A DNA stretch of 64,000 bases, from contig NZ_JAGDYT010000001.1 in the NCBI RefSeq assembly GCF_049116555.1, forward strand, positions 862,793 through 926,792. Direction: 5' to 3'. A program made the position numbers and the translations under genes. A model generated the notes under the pieces. The model was not told the origin of the DNA. It made no database searches and was given only the letters and a program-made list of their open reading frames with translations. This DNA comes from Maricaulis maris (GTDB lineage: Bacteria > Pseudomonadota > Alphaproteobacteria > Caulobacterales > Maricaulaceae). Shown in pieces: positions 59,244 through 64,000 of the stretch. Position 1 is the first letter of the stretch. The number at the start of each line of letters is the position of its first letter.

Positions 59244-60004
59244 GGGAATTGGGCCTCCAGCCAGGTCCAGACTTGGGCAGGATTGTCGAGGCGCGCCGTG
59301 GCGAGGCTGTCGCCGGCGCCAATCTTGATCGCGCGACCGCCAAGATCGATGGCCGCCTTCATGCCATCCTCGTCCGTGGCGTCATCGCCGATCATCACCG
59401 GGCGTCGCCCCGCAAAGGCCGGCATGGACATCAACCGCTCGACAGCGCGCGCCTTGCTCGCTCCGGCGGGTTTGAGCTCATAGACACATTTGCCGGCTTG
59501 CAGGACATAGGCGGGATGGTCGGCCACCATTGCGGCAAGTATCTCGCCGAGGGCAGGTCCGGCGGCGCGATTGGCGCGGTAATGGATGGCGAGGACCGGG
59601 CCCTTGGTCTCCAGTCTCGCCCCTTGTGTCTTCACTGCGAGCGCATAGGCCGCCTGATACAGGGGGTCAGGCGCCGGTGGCTGCCAGGCCGATGGATGGC
59701 GCCCGGGCGCGCAGATGTCACAGCCATGCCCACCGGCCCGCCACAGCGCGCCCGGGATACGACGATCGAGATCACGGATGTCGCGGCCGCTGACGACCGC
59801 CAGAGCGCCGCCCAGCGACCGCGAGAGTGTCTGCAGGGTCATGTCGCCGCCTGTCGGCAGCCAGACCGTGTCCGGATCATCCTGCAAGGGGGCCAACGTC
59901 CCGTCGAAATCCAGAAACAGGGCTTCACGCGCCGGGTCGAGCGGCGGCGGCGCGGCATCGCTCATTGCCAGGGCAGCGAGGGCAGGACTGGGCGTTTCGG
60001 TCAT
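59240..60004 (-). CDS. otsB: Trehalose-6-phosphate phosphatase
   Basis: FLDFDGTLAP, VVSGR, MIGDDATDEDG; overlaps the otsA stop. Confidence 0.9.
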   Translation of the reverse strand: MTETPSPALAALAMSDAAPPPLDPAREALFLDFDGTLAPLQDDPDTVWLPTGGDMTLQTLSRSLGGALAVVSGRDIRDLDRRIPGALWRAGGHGCDICAPGRHPSAWQPPAPDPLYQAAYALAVKTQGARLETKGPVLAIHYRANRAAGPALGEILAAMVADHPAYVLQAGKCVYELKPAGASKARAVERLMSMPAFAGRRPVMIGDDATDEDGMKAAIDLGGRAIKIGAGDSLATARLDNPAQVWTWLEAQFP

Positions 60005-61380
60005 GCGGGGATGGCGGGCTGAAGGTCCTGGAGGAAACGATTTCGCCACCAGCTGATATCTTGCTCGCAGACGATGTCGCGCAGTTTGCGCCAACGCTCC
60101 TGGCGCTCTTCCAGTGACATGGTCAGCGCTTGGTGGATGGCGTCGGCGACCTTGTTGCGGTCGTGCGGATTGACGATGAGTGCGTCCTTCATCTGCTCGG
60201 CAGCGCCGGCAAATTGCGACAGGACAAGCACGCCGGGATCCTCGTCGTCCTGGGCCATGATGAATTCCTTGGCGACCAGGTTCATGCCGTCACGCAGCGG
60301 CGTCACCAGTCCGACCCGGGCAATGCGGAAAAGGCCGGCCAATTCCTCGCGCGTGTAGGACCGGGCCAGATACCGCAATGGTATCCAGTCGAGATCACCA
60401 TGATCGCCATTGATCCGTCCGGCGAGCTGGTCGAGCTCGAGGCGCAATTCCTGATACTCCTCGACCTTGGAGCGCGAGGGCGGTGCTATCTGGGTCACCG
60501 AGACCTTGCCGTGCAGTTCCGGATGATCGTCGAATAGCTGTCCGACCGCCTCGAAGCGCTGGGGCAGCCCCTTCGAATAATCCATCCGGTCAACGCCGAT
60601 GACGAATTCACGCCCGCCGAGAAAGCGGCTGATCCGCTCCGCGGCCCGGTCGGCTTCCGGGGAATGAGCCGCCTTGATAAAGCCCTCCGGATCGATCCCG
60701 ATCGGATAGGCGGCGATCCGTGTGGTTGTTCCAAAGACCGCGATGCGGCCGTCAGCGAGGACCTCGCCGCCGCAATCATCGACCAGATAGCGCACGAAAT
60801 TCGAGCGGTCGCCCTCGGACTGGAAGCCGATCACGCTGTAGGCGCACAGGGCGCGTGCGATCCAGTGGTGCTCGGGAATGGCGCGAAACATTTCCGGAGG
60901 CGGGAAGGGGATGTGCAGGAAGAAACCGGTCGGACCTTCCCAGCCTGCATGACGCAGGGCGTCACCCATCAGCAGGAAGTGATAATCATGCACCCAGACC
61001 GTATCGGTCGCGGTCAGGCGATCAGCGACGAGATTGGCGATGCGCTGATTGACGGCGGAATAGACGCTGAAGGCTTCGCTGTCGAAACTGGCCAGGTCGA
61101 GTCGGTAGTGGAAGACCGGCCAGATCACCCTGTTGGCATAGTTGAGATAATAGGCCTCATGTTCATCATGGGTGAGGTCGGTGAGGACAAACTCGACGCC
61201 CTCATCGCGAAACACGCTGGTGCCGCGCGGAAGCTCGTCGACCAGCTCTCCGCTCCAGCCAAACCAGCTTCCCCCGGTCTCCTTGAGGGACTCCCAGACG
61301 GCAACCGCCAGCCCGCCGGCGCGTGCCTTCGGGTCGGCGGCGGTGCGGTTCGATATCGCGATCAGACGGCCCATCATCAC
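60001..61380 (-). CDS. otsA: Trehalose-6-phosphate synthase
   Basis: AGGLA, WVHDYH, FFLHIPFP, GVDRMDYSKG, RDGMNLVAKE. Confidence 0.95.
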   Translation of the reverse strand: MMMGRLIAISNRTAADPKARAGGLAVAVWESLKETGGSWFGWSGELVDELPRGTSVFRDEGVEFVLTDLTHDEHEAYYLNYANRVIWPVFHYRLDLASFDSEAFSVYSAVNQRIANLVADRLTATDTVWVHDYHFLLMGDALRHAGWEGPTGFFLHIPFPPPEMFRAIPEHHWIARALCAYSVIGFQSEGDRSNFVRYLVDDCGGEVLADGRIAVFGTTTRIAAYPIGIDPEGFIKAAHSPEADRAAERISRFLGGREFVIGVDRMDYSKGLPQRFEAVGQLFDDHPELHGKVSVTQIAPPSRSKVEEYQELRLELDQLAGRINGDHGDLDWIPLRYLARSYTREELAGLFRIARVGLVTPLRDGMNLVAKEFIMAQDDEDPGVLVLSQFAGAAEQMKDALIVNPHDRNKVADAIHQALTMSLEERQERWRKLRDIVCEQDISWWRNRFLQDLQPAIPA

Positions 61381-61525
61381 TCCTTGCTCGTGGATGGGTG
61401 TTCCACGGAGCTCGGGGGGCGGGCAAGGCGATGGCCCGCATCAGGGCGAGCGGGACTGGAATTGCCAGTTTGTCGAGCCGGATTGCCTCAAATCGGTCAA
61501 TGCACCGGCAGGAGGAGTGCCGGAA

Positions 61526-61858
61526 TCAGGCGGTGCCGCCGACGCCTTTTTCCTTGAAATAGGCCTGCAGCTCGCCGGTCTCGAACATCTCCTTGATGAT
61601 GTCACATCCACCGACAAACTCGCCCTTCACATAGAGTTGGGGAATGGTCGGCCAGTTCGAGAAGTCCTTGATGCCTTGGCGGACACCGTCATCCTCGAGC
61701 ACGTTGACGCTTTCGAAATCAACCTGGAGATGGTCGAGAACGCGTGCGACGACAGAGGAGAAGCCACACTGCGGGAAGACCGGTGTGCCCTTCATGAAAA
61801 GCACGACGTCATTGGCGTCGATGGTCGACTTGATGCTGTCCTGGGCGGTCGTGGACAT
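61526..61858 (-). CDS. grxD: Monothiol glutaredoxin Grx4
   Basis: [33 protein letters not shown]. Confidence 0.95.
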   Translation of the reverse strand: MSTTAQDSIKSTIDANDVVLFMKGTPVFPQCGFSSVVARVLDHLQVDFESVNVLEDDGVRQGIKDFSNWPTIPQLYVKGEFVGGCDIIKEMFETGELQAYFKEKGVGGTA

Positions 61859-61891
61859 GGCGGAACTCCTCGGATTGATCCTCGCCGATAG

Positions 61892-62719
61892 CTAAGGCGT
61901 CGGCTCGCCCGCTTCAAGAGCGGCAACCAGTGATGCATTGGCTGCAAGGTGGGCCGGGCGTGTGGTGAGACAGACTGCGCTGTCGCAGAAAGGCTGCGCC
62001 AGCGCCCAACGCAGCGCCTCGCTCGCCGGCGGTCCGGCCTCGGCAGGCGGATCGCGGCGCAGGCGGCGCTTTATCTGGCGCGCCAGATACCACACATCCC
62101 CGCGCGATGCGGGCGGTCCGGAGGGGCGCCTGGCGCCAGCCATGGTCTCGATCCCGATCACGGAGAGCCCAGAGCTGCGTGCGCGCTCGAGACGCGCGAT
62201 CTGGGACGGTTCGAGGCTCTGATTGACTGGCGCCATCAAGGCGTCGAACACACCGAGCGAGATCGCCCGGTCCAACTCGGCGCCGCGGCCGCAAACACCG
62301 AGATGGCGGATCATGCCGCGCTCGCGAAAGGCATCCAGCCGTCGCAGCAGCTTGTCCGTCATCTCGTCAGCGGCTGGCCCGTGAAGCAGAAGCAGGTCGA
62401 CATGGTCGCGCTGCAGGCGTTTCAGCGAGTCCCGGAGCGACATTTCGACCGCGCCGGCGGAGAAATCCCGATAGCCGCCCGGATGTATGCCGGCCTTCGT
62501 CGCCACGAAGGCCGACCGGCGGGGCAGGCGTTTGAGGGCTGCCCCGAGCCGGCGCTCGGCCTCGCCCCTGCCGTAGGCGGGACCGGTATCGAAGAAGGTG
62601 ACACCCTGGTCGACGGCCTGGTGGATCAGGCGCGTTGTCGCGCCGCGTCCGGCGCCCAGTCCGGCGTGCGGGCCAGTTACCCCGAAGCCCAGTCGCGAGA
62701 AGCTGTCGGTCTCGATCAT
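61892..62719 (-). CDS. Aldo/keto reductase
   Basis: RLGFG, FFDTGPAYGRG, VATKAG, SLKRLQRDHVDLLLLH. Confidence 0.85.
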   Translation of the reverse strand: MIETDSFSRLGFGVTGPHAGLGAGRGATTRLIHQAVDQGVTFFDTGPAYGRGEAERRLGAALKRLPRRSAFVATKAGIHPGGYRDFSAGAVEMSLRDSLKRLQRDHVDLLLLHGPAADEMTDKLLRRLDAFRERGMIRHLGVCGRGAELDRAISLGVFDALMAPVNQSLEPSQIARLERARSSGLSVIGIETMAGARRPSGPPASRGDVWYLARQIKRRLRRDPPAEAGPPASEALRWALAQPFCDSAVCLTTRPAHLAANASLVAALEAGEPTP

Positions 62720-62952
62720 CAGTCAGGCGTTCGCGTTTCCAGGGCGAGGGCGTGCAATTCACCGCCCATTTTCTCGCCCAGGGCGGCATAGACCATCTGG
62801 TGCTGGGCCACGCGCAGTTTGCCGCGGAAGCTCTCGGCCGTAACCACGGCCTTCCAGTGATCATTGTCACCGGCCAGATCGGTCATCTCGATCTCGGCGT
62901 CCGGGATACCGGACTTGATCAGGGCGACGATGTCGTCGGCGGGCATGGGCAT
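62719..62952 (-). CDS. bolA: BolA/IbaG family protein
   Basis: DLAGDNDHW..F.GK.RVAQHQMVY.AL..ELHALAL. Confidence 0.9.
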   Translation of the reverse strand: MPMPADDIVALIKSGIPDAEIEMTDLAGDNDHWKAVVTAESFRGKLRVAQHQMVYAALGEKMGGELHALALETRTPD

Positions 62953-63112
62953 GGCATTTCCTTGTTGCGACTTCAGGCCTGGCGGTGTCACGGCGGATCA
63001 CGCTCCACGCGCGTGAGCGTGACCTCATGTGTCGGGCCGTGCACTATCCCGATGGTTCGTGACAGCCCATATCAGCGTCAAGCTAGTCGTGACCGCTGCA
63101 AGGGAAAAGACC

Positions 63113-63616
63113 ATGACCGCCTCGAGCACTGCCAAAATACGCTTCCGGCCCCTGTTCGGCTTGGTCGGTCTGATGCTGGCCCTTCTGCTACCGGCCGGCG
63201 CAGCGCAGGCCGGCGAACAATATCTCGACCGCGACAGGCGACCGGTCGGTGGGTATGACATCGTCAGCTATCACACCGCAGACAGGCCCTTGGACGGTCT
63301 CGATACCATCACCGCGGACCATAATGGTGTCACCTGGTATTTCGCCACCGAGGCCAATCGCGCGATCTTCCTTGCCGATCCGGAGCGCTATGTTCCGGCC
63401 TATGACGGGCATTGCGCCTACGCGCTGGCCAATGATCGCAAGGTGCGATCCGATCCGCTCGCCTATCGGGTGGTGGATGGTGTGCTCTACATGAATTTCT
63501 CGCCCTCCATCCAGGAGCGCTGGGAGCGCGATATTCCGGGTTATCTGGAGCACTCCGAAGCGAACTGGCCGGACCATGAGGACGCCCCGGCTGCCCGGCC
63601 CAGTCGCTGGTTCTGA
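63113..63616 (+). CDS. Exported YHS domain protein
   Basis: Signal peptide; GGYDIVSYH, WYFATEANR.IF.ADPERYVPAYDGHCAYA. Confidence 0.8.
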   Translation: MTASSTAKIRFRPLFGLVGLMLALLLPAGAAQAGEQYLDRDRRPVGGYDIVSYHTADRPLDGLDTITADHNGVTWYFATEANRAIFLADPERYVPAYDGHCAYALANDRKVRSDPLAYRVVDGVLYMNFSPSIQERWERDIPGYLEHSEANWPDHEDAPAARPSRWF

Positions 63617-63694
63617 TTGTTACGGAAAATTCGGTGGGGTTGGTTGATCCTGCATGCGACACTCGGCGCGGTTTGTTTTTTCGAGGGGTCTTCC

Positions 63695-64000
63695 ATGCGC
63701 GCCATTCTGGCTACTACTGCAATTTCACTGGCCATTCTCGCGACGGGCTGTGCCGCACTCCAGCCTGGCGCGATGGAATCGAGCGCCGCCGAGCAGGCAG
63801 CCTGGACGCTGGACCGGAGCCAGTTACTCACGGATCTGCAAGTGCTTGCAGCCGATGACATGGAGGGCCGGGCGGTCGCAACCGACGGCAATGCGCGGGC
63901 CCGGGCCTATATCATCGCGCGCCTCGAGGCGATGGGCGCAGAGCCGGTCGATGGCGATTACGAGCACGCGTTCAGCTTCGAATCGCGCCGGACCGGCGAG
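63695..64000 (+). CDS. M28 family peptidase lipoprotein, 5' part (runs off the window)
   Basis: Lipobox ATGC; DLQVLAADDMEGR...ARAYII; no stop before the window end. Confidence 0.7.
   Translation, partial: MRAILATTAISLAILATGCAALQPGAMESSAAEQAAWTLDRSQLLTDLQVLAADDMEGRAVATDGNARARAYIIARLEAMGAEPVDGDYEHAFSFESRRTGE

Noticed and set aside
61877-61902. TGATCC-N15-GCGTC sigmaE-like motif on the plus strand
   Set aside because: Points antisense into the AKR gene with no plus-strand gene downstream; likely chance
63113-63616. YHS protein as a selenoprotein
   Set aside because: The relevant position is an ordinary Cys codon (HCAY) and there is no in-frame TGA

Overview
A GC-rich (roughly 65% by eye) alphaproteobacterial chromosome segment. 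Gene content and order (pcm-tolC-popZ, rpiA-DUF2059-gor-class II DAHP synthase, LOG-LysM-ATM1) plus CtrA, LexA and GANTC motifs point to a Caulobacterales/Maricaulales-type marine organism; this is an inference. The window is mostly core genome: glmU, gabD, rpiA, gor, nadE, gltX, recA, alaS, icd, rpsD, an Fe3+ ABC transporter, an otsA-otsB-GH15 trehalose operon, a bolA/grxD cluster, a 4Fe-4S photolyase/cryptochrome cluster and three tRNAs (Val-CAC, Asn-GTT, Cys-GCA). I saw no integrase, transposase, prophage or CRISPR array. The most interesting signals are non-coding or in small unknown genes: (1) a candidate ~80-nt sRNA with its own terminator beside a perfect CtrA box (36.64-36.75 kb); (2) a 129-bp nested-palindrome element at 3.6 kb with a ~70%-identical decayed copy at 51.3 kb; (3) two overlapping divergent sigmaE(ChrR)-like promoters that share one palindromic -10 between the photolyase and an SDR; (4) an in-phase array of TGTCA-N8-TGACA operators before a hydrolase/membrane protein/XRE operon; (5) an orphan amidoligase-2 gene divergent from a secreted protein with a duplicated Cys-containing domain; (6) a structured rpsD leader. 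All calls come from reading the sequence; no database searches were run.
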